Shown piece after piece: positions 40,172 through 50,255 of a stretch of DNA of 64,000 nucleotides. Position 1 is the stretch's first letter. The number at the start of each line of letters is the position of its first letter. Both the position numbers and the translations under genes were made by a program. Origin of the DNA: Spirochaetaceae bacterium (lineage in GTDB: Bacteria; Spirochaetota; Spirochaetia; DSM-2461); contig JAOPTT010000002.1 of NCBI GenBank assembly GCA_051531975.1, forward strand, positions 217,968 through 281,967, given 5' to 3'. Below the pieces are notes generated by a model. The model was not told the DNA's origin, made no database searches, and saw nothing but the letters and a program-made list of their open reading frames with translations.

Positions 40172-41350
40172 TTATAAAGCTCTATTCTTAGAATATTTGT
40201 TAGGAGTGGTATTAGTTACTTTTTTAAAAATCCTAGAAAAGTGCTCAACATTAGGATACCCAACAGCCTCACTTATTTCATAAACTTTTAGGTTTGTATC
40301 AGTTAATAATTTCTTAGCTTCGTTTACTCGAACTTTCATTACATAATCCCTAAATGTTATACCAGCCTCTTTCTTAAATTGAGCGCTTAAATGATTTTTT
40401 GAGATCTCTACATAGGTACTTACTTCTTCTAGAGATAGTTGGCTATTGTTATAATGCTCCCTTATATATTTTTTAGATCTTCTGACCATTCTACTTTCGC
40501 TTCGTTCCATTGATTTAATATATTTATACAATTCTGGTAATGTTTTAATATCTTCAGCTTCATAACTTACAAAATAATCTAAATTTATTCCTAGACCATC
40601 GTATATTATACTTAAAAAATCCTTACAAAATGACTTACAATAACTTTCTGGAGTCTTATTATCATTAACTTCTAATATACAAACCCACTCTTTTTTATTT
40701 ATTGGAGTAAAATAACCTTTCCCTCGTTTTTTTAAAAACTGTTTACCTTGAATTGTTATTAAGTCGGGAATACTCTGTTCCTCTTTTCTAATTTCGCTAT
40801 AAGGATCTGTTATTGAGCATAATATGAGAGGTGGTTCAATTTTAATATTAATATCATCTAACAAGGTTAGTGTATTATAAAAGTTCTTGTTTTCAAGTAG
40901 ATCTATTATTAATTTATGACCCATATAATCTAAGTCCTTTTTTTTAACAACCGATGATTTATCCACCCTAGAAGAGACCTCTGTACTACTCTTTTTTAAT
41001 ATAGATAACAGACTTTCTTCATCTATATCCATCTTTAAGATATAATCTATTGCACCTAACTGAAATGATTTTCTAACATAGTCATACTGATCATTAGCAC
41101 TTAATACAATAACTCCACCCTTAAAGTCTGTTTGTGGTAACTGCTCTAAAAAACCTATTCCATTAAGTTTTGGCATGTGCATATCTAAGAGAATAATATC
41201 TATTTCTGTTCCATTATTTATTATTTCAAGTGCTTCTAAACCATTAGAAGCTTCTGCAACAAAGGAAAAATTGTGCTCCTCCCAGTTGGAGAAAGATAAA
41301 ATAGATGCTCGAACTAATGGTTCATCGTCTATTATCATTACGTTAATCAA
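40172..41350 (-). CDS. YesN-like response regulator (REC + AraC HTH)
   Basis: IIDDE, LDMHMP; C-terminal AraC HTH (VGY...HFSRIFKK). TTG start after GGGAG. Confidence 0.9.
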   Translation of the reverse strand: MINVMIIDDEPLVRASILSFSNWEEHNFSFVAEASNGLEALEIINNGTEIDIILLDMHMPKLNGIGFLEQLPQTDFKGGVIVLSANDQYDYVRKSFQLGAIDYILKMDIDEESLLSILKKSSTEVSSRVDKSSVVKKKDLDYMGHKLIIDLLENKNFYNTLTLLDDINIKIEPPLILCSITDPYSEIRKEEQSIPDLITIQGKQFLKKRGKGYFTPINKKEWVCILEVNDNKTPESYCKSFCKDFLSIIYDGLGINLDYFVSYEAEDIKTLPELYKYIKSMERSESRMVRRSKKYIREHYNNSQLSLEEVSTYVEISKNHLSAQFKKEAGITFRDYVMKVRVNEAKKLLTDTNLKVYEISEAVGYPNVEHFSRIFKKVTNTTPNKYSKNRAL

Positions 41351-43055
41351 TAGTTTCTCCCTTGTACGGTAATAAAACACTTACTTTGGTATAACAATTA
41401 GTTTTACTAGATGTTCTGATTCCAAATTCGTCTCCGTAGTTGAGCTTTATTCTTCTATCTACATTTTTTAAGCCAATATGGGTAAAAGAACCTCTGTTTT
41501 GCTGATGCTGATTATTAGAAATACCTACACCGTTATCAATAATATCTATTAATATATTTTCATTATGTTTTTTAACCCTAATTAATATAATATCTCTAAC
41601 CTTGGAATCGACAAAACCATGAACAATAGAGTTTTCAACAATTGGTTGTAATAACATTTTTAAAATAGTTAAAGATTCTAAATCAATATCTATGTTTGTC
41701 TTTAAATCTATAGGAGTACTAAACCGTACTTTCATAATATGAATATAACTTTTTAATAACTTTATCTCATCTTTTATTGTAGTTTTATTACCGTCGTTCC
41801 TAAAACTATCGTTTACTAACTTCATTAAAGATGCTGTCATATTTTTAATATTATCGTTTTTATTAACAACAGCCATTAACCTAATAGAGTTTAGAGTATT
41901 TCCTATGAAGTGTGGATTTATCTGATACTGTAGAGCTTGTAATTCTAAACGACTTTTTTCTTTTTCATTTTTCTCTTTTCCCTTTGTTAATAGATGTATT
42001 TTTTTTACCATACTATTAAAACTATGAATTAACCTTCGCATTTCAAACTCTTTTGGTTCAGGTGCTTGAGTAGTATAATCCCCGGATTCAACTAACTTCA
42101 TTTTCTCTATTAAACCATTTAAGGGGTTAATTAAACTATTAAAAAACAGTAATGAATAAAGTAAAAAAAGTAGAATCAATCCACTTATAATTATTATAAA
42201 TATTCTCTGTATAGCAAAAAGTGATTTTGTATGTTTATCTAGATTTAATGACTGAGTTAAGGTCCAAGTAGTAGATAAAATTGCAGAATCTAATAATATC
42301 CAATTCTTTTTATCAATAACACTGTTTTTTCTCTTATTATTTAAATCATTAGATAAATTGTGGCCATTAGGATCTAAAATTACATCTCCCAAATTACTAG
42401 TAATATATAAAAACTGGTCTAAAGATGAGTTTTTTGTTATATCCATTAATAAGTTAATAGGGTATGAAAATACTATTTTATCAATAAACTCATAATGTGT
42501 AGTTCCTTTTAAGTCTAATGCAAAAGATAAATGTGGTGTTTTATCTATAATAGTAAATAAATTATCAAATAGTTTTAATCTTCGTGGAGTCTCTTCAAGG
42601 TTATCTAAAAATACTTGATCGATTATTGGTGGTTTACCTACATTGGTAAACAGAGGACTATTTTTATACATAAAAGGTGGTTTCCCATTTATATAAACAG
42701 TAATAAAACCAACTTTATTTGTATATAAAAACAGTCTACTTAATTCTAAGTCTATAAGATTATACAGGTCATATAATTTCTCTTTATCCTTTTCCTTACT
42801 ATATTCGACACAATGTTTAAGAAACTCCTTGTTATGGCTTAAAGCACTACTTAATATACTTAGAGAAATTACTTCGTTACTAATATTTTGTGACATCTGG
42901 TTAACCGTTTCCTGCATCTGTACGTGATACAAATTCTGCTGGGACCTAATATATACAAGATTAATACCTACTACAGTCAATGTAACAGGTATCATTATAC
43001 AGAGAGAAAAGGTAATTAGGTATTTAAACGATAACTTATGAATTTTAAATTTCAT
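41343..43055 (-). CDS. YesM-like sensor histidine kinase
   Basis: HAMP domain, LQYQINPHF..NTLNSI, LQPIVEN...HG, DNGVG. Confidence 0.9.
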   Translation of the reverse strand: MKFKIHKLSFKYLITFSLCIMIPVTLTVVGINLVYIRSQQNLYHVQMQETVNQMSQNISNEVISLSILSSALSHNKEFLKHCVEYSKEKDKEKLYDLYNLIDLELSRLFLYTNKVGFITVYINGKPPFMYKNSPLFTNVGKPPIIDQVFLDNLEETPRRLKLFDNLFTIIDKTPHLSFALDLKGTTHYEFIDKIVFSYPINLLMDITKNSSLDQFLYITSNLGDVILDPNGHNLSNDLNNKRKNSVIDKKNWILLDSAILSTTWTLTQSLNLDKHTKSLFAIQRIFIIIISGLILLFLLYSLLFFNSLINPLNGLIEKMKLVESGDYTTQAPEPKEFEMRRLIHSFNSMVKKIHLLTKGKEKNEKEKSRLELQALQYQINPHFIGNTLNSIRLMAVVNKNDNIKNMTASLMKLVNDSFRNDGNKTTIKDEIKLLKSYIHIMKVRFSTPIDLKTNIDIDLESLTILKMLLQPIVENSIVHGFVDSKVRDIILIRVKKHNENILIDIIDNGVGISNNQHQQNRGSFTHIGLKNVDRRIKLNYGDEFGIRTSSKTNCYTKVSVLLPYKGETID

Positions 43056-43128
43056 TTGGTAATGTTATTATTAAATCCTTTAATTAGCAAACAATATTAT
43101 TCCTTATTAAAAAGTGTATTAAACAATA

Positions 43129-43695
43129 TTATTTCCCCAATCCCTTTTTTAAAAAGTGTAAAAATTGATCAATGTCGTTAAAATCTGTAAAGATATCGTG
43201 GTATAAATTAAAAAGAGAAGAGATAAGTTTTAATATAAAATCATCCGTATATTCTTTAGAAAATTCCTGGTTTTTAATTGCTCTGAAAATCATATTTTCT
43301 AAGGTTTTTGTACTATCTCCACCTAAATCTACTAGAACCTGTTTATATATAGGTTTATCTTTTTCTTTAATTAACTTCTGGGATAAAGCTTCATATTTAG
43401 GATATTTATTACCAAAGCTAAGACCTAACTTCATTTGATAACTTAGCGTTTCAAAAATATCTAAATTGTCAGATTTTAAACTTTGTTCACTGTTAATAAA
43501 CTGCCATTTTTTATCAAAAGAATCTTTAAGTAAATATATATAAATGTCATATTTATTTTTAAAATGATGATAAAAGGCACCTTTACTCATCCCAGATTTT
43601 TTAATAATTGTATTAAGTGAGGATTCATCATAACTTTTAGATGAAAACTCACTTAGAGCAGATTCAAGTAGTTCATGTTCATATTTAAAACTCAT
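43129..43695 (-). CDS. TetR/AcrR regulator
   Basis: S...I...SGMSKGAFYHHF.NK. Confidence 0.9.
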   Translation of the reverse strand: MSFKYEHELLESALSEFSSKSYDESSLNTIIKKSGMSKGAFYHHFKNKYDIYIYLLKDSFDKKWQFINSEQSLKSDNLDIFETLSYQMKLGLSFGNKYPKYEALSQKLIKEKDKPIYKQVLVDLGGDSTKTLENMIFRAIKNQEFSKEYTDDFILKLISSLFNLYHDIFTDFNDIDQFLHFLKKGLGK

Positions 43696-44564
43696 TTAAG
43701 TTCATCTATATAAGATAGTGACAAATTCATAACCTTATCTATGTTTTCTAAATTATGGGTATACTTATTTGAATCAACAACGTTGTTTTTCTCATTGAAA
43801 TATTTACCTGAGATGTTATTAACTTCATCTGAAATCGACAGATATGTATATGTTTTAGCCATTTGAGCCGTTGTTAAAGATTTTTTAGCTTTTTGTTTAT
43901 AAACCCACTTCATAAATGATGATAACTCTGGATGCCTAGATATATCAATTTGTACTGCAGTTACTCTTATTGAATTCACGGTTATATTACTATCTTCTAG
44001 TTTTTTTGCTAACCAATATGTATACATAACCTGAGCTCTTTTAGACTGATAATATGCATTAACTATACTGAATTTCCTGTTTTTAAACTCAGGATCAACT
44101 AAGTCTACTTTTAACATAGGTTTTGCTAATAATCCCTGGGACGATATTGTAATAATCCTGCCCTGTTTACTCTTCTTTAATAGATCCATTAAAAGATGTG
44201 TTAATAAAATTGGACCGATATGATTTATTGCCCATATATTTTCAATGCCTTCCTTTGTCAAAATAGGTTCTTTTTGAGTTATATTAAATACTGCCGCATT
44301 ATGAATTAAAACATCAACTTTATCATATTTTTCATTTATAGATTTAGCAAACGCCCTAACAGAATTTAATTCCCCCATATCAACAATTTTTAGCTCAAGT
44401 GAAAAATCGGCATTTAGTTTCATAATGTCTTTATATGTCTCTTCACCTCTGGTGATATTTCTACAAGCCATAATTACATGGCAATTATTTTCTAATAATT
44501 GGATTACAGATTCTCGTCCAATACCTGCATTTGATCCTGTTACTATACAAATCTTTTTGTCCAT
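43692..44564 (-). CDS. SDR oxidoreductase (retinol-dehydrogenase-like)
   Basis: TGSNAGIG, NAA, YYQSK. Confidence 0.9.
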   Translation of the reverse strand: MDKKICIVTGSNAGIGRESVIQLLENNCHVIMACRNITRGEETYKDIMKLNADFSLELKIVDMGELNSVRAFAKSINEKYDKVDVLIHNAAVFNITQKEPILTKEGIENIWAINHIGPILLTHLLMDLLKKSKQGRIITISSQGLLAKPMLKVDLVDPEFKNRKFSIVNAYYQSKRAQVMYTYWLAKKLEDSNITVNSIRVTAVQIDISRHPELSSFMKWVYKQKAKKSLTTAQMAKTYTYLSISDEVNNISGKYFNEKNNVVDSNKYTHNLENIDKVMNLSLSYIDELK

Positions 44565-44573
44565 ACACACTCC

Positions 44574-44623
44574 TAGACCACATGGTCTAATCAAAGATTA
44601 CAGCCACATGTCTATAATGTCAA
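44574..44623 (-). promoter_or_regulatory. SDR-tetR promoter with two putative TetR operators
   Basis: TTGACA(44623-44618)-17-TAATCT(44600-44595). Palindrome TAGACC-acat-GGTCTA (44574-44589) and a degenerate copy at 44601-44614. Confidence 0.68.
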
Positions 44624-44650
44624 GTCACCGATATACAAGAAACTATTATT

Positions 44651-46000
44651 TTATAGAGTTTCTTTATTTGTAGTAATATCTTGTTTACCAAAGCTATACC
44701 AATCGATTTTTCTTGTTACAACCATAATTCCTCCAACAATAGTAAATAGACCAAGACTTCCCATTAAAAGGGCATAATCTTCAGAGTTGATCATGAAAAA
44801 CATAAAGACATATGTAACTAACATTATTGGAAATAGTAGCAGACCTTGTTTAATACTTTTTAAAAAATAGCAGGCATAATATGTAATTAGGGCACTGACC
44901 ATTGTCACTCCAACAATATATGACCAATAAAAACTAAAATGTTCCCCAAATGATAACAGTAGTAAAAAAAACAGAATTGAAGTTATACCAACAAATAGAT
45001 AGTGGAAGACATGAACTCTTTTTTTACTAAATATCTCCATCAAAAAGAATGTAATAAAAGGTATAATTAAAAACAGACCACCATATTTAACACACCTTTC
45101 TGCCATTAAATATAGATCCACAGGGAATAATAATTTAAGCCCAAAAGATGAGGATTTAAAGTTACTACTTTTCATATCTGCTTCATTCATCTCTTTAGAA
45201 AAATCTCTAGAGAATGAATTTACATACCAGTTTGCATTAAAACCTTGGTTTTCTACGATATTATGCTCTGTAGGTAAGTTAGAACCGTAAAAAGAAGGTG
45301 AATCCCACTTTGATTTGATATTTACATTAGTTTCAGATCCTAAGGGTATAAACCCTAAACTCTTGCCACCTTGAATAGAAGTTAATAATCTAAAAGATAA
45401 ACTTTCTGTTCTTTGACCTATTTTAATTGGAGTTGATAGACCTCCAGAATATACAATATTACTGTACGATCCTTTTTCCAAATTATACTCCATATTATCA
45501 ATATAAAGTTTAGGTCTACTTGTATAACCTTTTATATTTGAAACCTCATAAACAACAAATGCTTTATCCCAGAATATTGAATCGATAGTATCTGAAATGT
45601 TAGTAAAATCTGGTTTTGAAAAAGTTCCAGCCATCTCTATATTTGAGTTATAAACAAGAAATTCATAAATACCTCTCTTTTTGATAACAGGGTTGATATC
45701 ACCAGTAATATTAAGTTCATTAGGTAAAAAATATGCATTTCTCTGCAAATATCGTACCTTCTTATCAACATCTACAATCTTTACATTATACGGAATTATC
45801 AATACTGGGCTTGATAAAACCATCCCGCCACCATAACTTTGTATTAGTTCATTTTCTGCAACTTTCCTTGTACTGTTTCTCTGCTTAATAACAGATTCAA
45901 TCATTCCCAATGGAATTAATAATAACGATGTTATTAAAATCATTGTTAAACCCTTTAATACAATTGGGTCTTTTACTAATCCTTTTTTTTCTTTAATCAT
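44651..46000 (-). CDS. creD: Cell envelope integrity protein CreD
   Basis: LLIP, RGIY, W.SPSF.G..LP, KYG.LFL, LLLLSF.EH, SEDYALL.GS, TRKIDWY. Confidence 0.92.
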   Translation of the reverse strand: MIKEKKGLVKDPIVLKGLTMILITSLLLIPLGMIESVIKQRNSTRKVAENELIQSYGGGMVLSSPVLIIPYNVKIVDVDKKVRYLQRNAYFLPNELNITGDINPVIKKRGIYEFLVYNSNIEMAGTFSKPDFTNISDTIDSIFWDKAFVVYEVSNIKGYTSRPKLYIDNMEYNLEKGSYSNIVYSGGLSTPIKIGQRTESLSFRLLTSIQGGKSLGFIPLGSETNVNIKSKWDSPSFYGSNLPTEHNIVENQGFNANWYVNSFSRDFSKEMNEADMKSSNFKSSSFGLKLLFPVDLYLMAERCVKYGGLFLIIPFITFFLMEIFSKKRVHVFHYLFVGITSILFFLLLLSFGEHFSFYWSYIVGVTMVSALITYYACYFLKSIKQGLLLFPIMLVTYVFMFFMINSEDYALLMGSLGLFTIVGGIMVVTRKIDWYSFGKQDITTNKETL

Positions 46001-46093
46001 TTTATCTCTCCTAATATTTTATATTTGTATTGTAGGTATCAAAAAAGATTAAAAGATGTTCAAAATGTGGCAAAACTGTGTCATATTATTTAT

Positions 46094-46789
46094 ATGGAAT
46101 TGCATAAACTAAATATTGTCATTGTTGAAGATGAAGAAAACCTACGTCACAGTCTTGAATATACCTTTAATAAAGAGGGGTATAATGTCGCAGTATTTCC
46201 TAACGGAAAAGTTGCATTAGAAAATATAAAGGAAAAAATCCCGGATCTAATTATTTCAGATATAATGATGCCCTTACTTGATGGTTTAGAGCTGTGTAAA
46301 GAGGTTAGAAAGTTCAATCAGCAAATTCCTTTTATTTTTTTAACATCTAGAGATGATGAATTTGATCGTATTTTAGGTCTTGAAATTGGTGCAGATGATT
46401 ATCTATGTAAACCCTTCTCTTTAAGGGAACTAACAACAAGGGTCAAAGTTCTTTTTAGAAGAGTTAATAGAAATAAAGTAGATGATTCTAAAAATATTAA
46501 ATCAGGAAATTTGTCCCTAAACCCTAATTCATATACCGGGGATTTAGATGGTAAAAATATAACATTAACAGTTTCTGAATTTCGTCTATTAGAGTCTTTA
46601 ATGGAAACCCCTGGTAATGTAAAAACCAGAGAGCAATTGATTAAAGCAGCCTACCCCCACGATAGTTATATCTCAGATAGAAATATCGATTGTCATATAA
46701 AAAGAGTAAGAAAGAAGATTACATTATTAGACCCAGAGTTTAATAGAATTAAAACAGTTTATGGATTAGGATATAAGTTAGAACTATGA
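46094..46789 (+). CDS. OmpR-family response regulator (ChvI/CreB-like)
   Basis: REC plus winged helix; DR.ID.HIKR.RKK, VYGLGY. Confidence 0.9.
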   Translation: MELHKLNIVIVEDEENLRHSLEYTFNKEGYNVAVFPNGKVALENIKEKIPDLIISDIMMPLLDGLELCKEVRKFNQQIPFIFLTSRDDEFDRILGLEIGADDYLCKPFSLRELTTRVKVLFRRVNRNKVDDSKNIKSGNLSLNPNSYTGDLDGKNITLTVSEFRLLESLMETPGNVKTREQLIKAAYPHDSYISDRNIDCHIKRVRKKITLLDPEFNRIKTVYGLGYKLEL

Positions 46790-48354
46790 TATTAAAAAAA
46801 GTTATTAAACTATTATCAAAAATCACTGTTAGGTTACTACTTTTTAATATACTACTTATCTTTATTCCAATTGCTTTTTTCTTCTACTTAGATATTTACG
46901 AAAACAAACTTTTAACTGCCCAAGAAAACTCAATGGTTATGCAGGGAAGAATAATATCCAGTTCTTTAGAAAATAGAGAAAACTTACAATTAGAATCTAA
47001 AAACTTAATAGATAATTTAAATAAAAATGTTACTTCAAGAATAAGAATAATATCAAAAGATGGAGTCTTATTAGCAGATTCTAGTAAACAAGATTTTATA
47101 TTAGAACCAATTGCAGATAGAGAATATAAAATCGAGGAACTATCTGTAGATGAGAATATACTTTATAAGTTAGTTCGTTTCCCTCTAGATTTTGTTAGAT
47201 ATGTATTAAGAGGCCCAAAAGAGGGTACGAGTTCAACAGAGTATTATTCAGATAATAGTTACTTAGATGGTTATGAAGTTAAACAATCTTTATTGGGAAA
47301 GTACGGTGCAAATACTAGAATATCATCAGGAGGGGAGAGGTCTGTTACACTTTATATATCCCTACCTATCTATAATAACAGCGATATTGTTAGTGTTGTA
47401 CTATTATCAAAATCTACATATGGCATTCTACAGGACTTGTATCAGATCCGTTTAGAAATATTAAAAATATTTTTAGTATCATTCTTTTTAGCAATATTAA
47501 TAAGCCTAATTTTATCTAAAACTATTGCAGGACCAATTAAAAACTTACGAAACCAAGCTAAGGAGATTGTAGATAAGAGAGGAAGATTAATAACTCACTT
47601 TAAAAAAAGTAGACGATTAGATGAAATTGGAGATCTAAATATATCTCTGCAAGAGTTAACATATAAACTTCAAAATTATACAGAAAAAACAGAGTCTTTT
47701 GCTTCTGACTTATCCCATGAGTTTAAAAATCCACTTTCTTCAATAAAAACTGCAACAGAGATTATTAAAAACAACTCAGGGAGTTCAGAAAACAGTAAAT
47801 TCCTAGATATAATTGAGAGTGAAATTTCCAGGTTAAATAGATTAATAACAGATGTTAGGGAGATATCTATAATTGATAGCCAAATAGATCCTTCCGATGG
47901 AGTAATTATACATCCAATAACAGTTATTAAATCTATTGTTGCAAATTTTGAGTTAAAAACAAAAAACCGAGGTCTGATTTTTGATATTATTAACAACACA
48001 GATAAAGCTATATTAGTATCACCAATTAGGTTCTCTAGGGTAATTGAAAATATAGTATCTAATGCTATTAGTTTTTCTCCAGATAATTCCACTATAACTG
48101 TAGAAATAACAGCTAATAAAAAATATATAAATATTGTTATAAAAGACCAAGGACCAGGTATTCCTACAGAAAATATAAACAAAATATTTAATAGGTTTTT
48201 TACTTACAGAGAGAGTAATAAAAATCGAAACTCAGGGTTGGGACTATCTATAAGTCTGGCCATAATTAAGGTTTATGGTGGGAATATCAAGGCTTTTAAT
48301 AATATAGATATTGGTGCCAATTTTCAGATTGAACTTCCACAATTTAAGCCTTAA
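46786..48354 (+). CDS. Sensor histidine kinase (ChvG/CreC-like)
   Basis: HAMP DEIGDL, DLSHEFKNPL, NAISFSP, DQGPG, NSGLGLSIS. Confidence 0.9.
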   Translation: MILKKVIKLLSKITVRLLLFNILLIFIPIAFFFYLDIYENKLLTAQENSMVMQGRIISSSLENRENLQLESKNLIDNLNKNVTSRIRIISKDGVLLADSSKQDFILEPIADREYKIEELSVDENILYKLVRFPLDFVRYVLRGPKEGTSSTEYYSDNSYLDGYEVKQSLLGKYGANTRISSGGERSVTLYISLPIYNNSDIVSVVLLSKSTYGILQDLYQIRLEILKIFLVSFFLAILISLILSKTIAGPIKNLRNQAKEIVDKRGRLITHFKKSRRLDEIGDLNISLQELTYKLQNYTEKTESFASDLSHEFKNPLSSIKTATEIIKNNSGSSENSKFLDIIESEISRLNRLITDVREISIIDSQIDPSDGVIIHPITVIKSIVANFELKTKNRGLIFDIINNTDKAILVSPIRFSRVIENIVSNAISFSPDNSTITVEITANKKYINIVIKDQGPGIPTENINKIFNRFFTYRESNKNRNSGLGLSISLAIIKVYGGNIKAFNNIDIGANFQIELPQFKP

Positions 48355-48411
48355 TTAAGATTTACGATTTAACAGATTGCTTATAGCCTTCTGTTAGAGT
48401 AATATCCACCT

Positions 48412-48480
48412 ATGAAGAAAACCTTTATAATGGCACACCCTAAAAAAGCTAAGGATAGACTGTTTGAGCAAGTTAACTAA
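48412..48480 (+). CDS. Putative leaderless 22-aa uORF (MKKTFIMAHPKKAKDRLFEQVN) overlapping the fliB start
   Basis: TTGCTT(48377)-17-TAATAT(48400)-6 nt-ATG. Confidence 0.35.
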   Translation: MKKTFIMAHPKKAKDRLFEQVN

Positions 48481-49621
48481 AATATTAAGACCATCATACA
48501 TTAAAGGTTTTAAATGCATAGGTGGTACCTGTGAAGATAGTTGCTGTATTGGTTGGAATATAGATATTGATAAACTAACTTTTCGTAAATACTTTCGAAC
48601 AGATAATGTCTTAATGAAACAAAAATTTAAAAAACATGTATATAAAAATGAAGAATGTGATTTTGAAGAGATAGACTATGGTCGAATGAAAATCCCAGAT
48701 AGTAAGTGGTGTCCATTTTTAGATGAAGATAAGTTATGTGAGATTTATTCTAATCTGGGAGAAGATCATTTATCAAATGTTTGCCACAGTTATCCAAGGA
48801 TTTACAATGTTCTAGATGGAGTTTATGAGATATCTCTTTATATGTCATGCCCAGAAGCTGTGAGAATGTTACTTCAAAATAAAAATCCAATGAAATTTAT
48901 AGAAGAAGAGATAAAATTAGATAAACATATAGTCCACAGTTATGTTAATACCTTGGACAAACAGTGGAAAGGAACACCTATTAAAGAACTTAAAAAATTA
49001 CGTTCTATGTCAATAAAGATGATACAAAATAGGAGTTTACCCTTAGATGAGAGGTTATCTAAACTTGGTAAAAAATTAAAAAGTAAAAATATAACCGAAC
49101 CTCTAAAAGTAGAAAACAGTTTCACATTCCAACTTAGCTTTTTTAAAGAAGCCATGAATACCCTAAATGTATTTACAGAAATAGATAGCCCTGTTTTTAA
49201 AGTGTATACTAACAATATTATAAAGGGATTCAATATTAATAGTTCACAAGGTTGGGAATCAACATCAACTTACCAAGATGTTATGAACAGAGTTGTAAAA
49301 CCATTTATATTAAAAAATGAATACATGTTTGAACACTATTTAGTAAATTCAATATTCCAAGGAAATTTCCCATTTAATATAAACCAAGATCAGTTTGATG
49401 GATACCTAATGTTAGTTGTTCGTTATACATTTATCAGGTTTTATCTAGCAGGAATAGCTATAATAAATGGCGAAATAACAAAAGAAGATGTTGTTTCCAT
49501 GATTCAAGTTCACACTAAAACAATTAATCACCACGAGACCTTCATATCCCAGACATTAGACAATATAAAAGAGAGAGAGTTTGATAATATAGATTTTACA
49601 GAAATAATATTAAGGGTATAA
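48464..49621 (+). CDS. fliB: Flagellin lysine-N-methylase
   Basis: F.CIG..CEDSCC.GW.I.ID, CPFL...LC.I, C..YPR, SCPEA. Confidence 0.88.
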   Translation: MSKLTKILRPSYIKGFKCIGGTCEDSCCIGWNIDIDKLTFRKYFRTDNVLMKQKFKKHVYKNEECDFEEIDYGRMKIPDSKWCPFLDEDKLCEIYSNLGEDHLSNVCHSYPRIYNVLDGVYEISLYMSCPEAVRMLLQNKNPMKFIEEEIKLDKHIVHSYVNTLDKQWKGTPIKELKKLRSMSIKMIQNRSLPLDERLSKLGKKLKSKNITEPLKVENSFTFQLSFFKEAMNTLNVFTEIDSPVFKVYTNNIIKGFNINSSQGWESTSTYQDVMNRVVKPFILKNEYMFEHYLVNSIFQGNFPFNINQDQFDGYLMLVVRYTFIRFYLAGIAIINGEITKEDVVSMIQVHTKTINHHETFISQTLDNIKEREFDNIDFTEIILRV

Positions 49622-50251
49622 GTTTTTATATAGATCTAAATATTCTTTAAACAGAGGATTTGTAGAACTTTTTTTAGTATAATGTTTAATTGATTTATCT
49701 ATATACTCTAAATGTTTATTGTCATTTTTATTAAACATTGTTTTACCTATAAGATCGATTTCATCTCCCCTATCAAGTGATATCCTCATTATTTCATGTG
49801 CCCATTTTCCCTCAAAACACAAAAGCTCTTTTTGTATTTTAAATCCGGCTAATTTTAAAAAACTACGTAGCTCCGGTGTTCTGTTTTGTACAGATAAAAT
49901 AATATCATGGCCTAATAAATTGTTATTTTTTAATAGACCAGTAATTATATCTTTAGCAGTTTCACTACCTACTCCACAGATACAGACAAGAGCTCTATTT
50001 CCTGTCAATTTTATTTCTTCTGCATTTAATAATTGTACAGTAAATCTAGAGGAATCGATGGAATTTATCTTATCGAGCTTAGTTTTTAGATTAGACATAA
50101 TACTTGGGATACAATCCACAAAATGAACTATTTTTACTCTACTATTTTGTAATAGATATATTCCTAACTTACCATGATCGCAACATGTATCCCATATTTC
50201 ATCATATTCTGTCTCTATGAATCCTGTAATATATTTTAATCGTGTTTTCAT
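49610..50251 (-). CDS. trmK: tRNA (adenine22-N1)-methyltransferase TrmK family
   Basis: RL..I, WDTCCDHG.LG, I.G.G, LR.FL. Confidence 0.75.
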   Translation of the reverse strand: MKTRLKYITGFIETEYDEIWDTCCDHGKLGIYLLQNSRVKIVHFVDCIPSIMSNLKTKLDKINSIDSSRFTVQLLNAEEIKLTGNRALVCICGVGSETAKDIITGLLKNNNLLGHDIILSVQNRTPELRSFLKLAGFKIQKELLCFEGKWAHEIMRISLDRGDEIDLIGKTMFNKNDNKHLEYIDKSIKHYTKKSSTNPLFKEYLDLYKNLYP

Positions 50252-50255
50252 TTTA

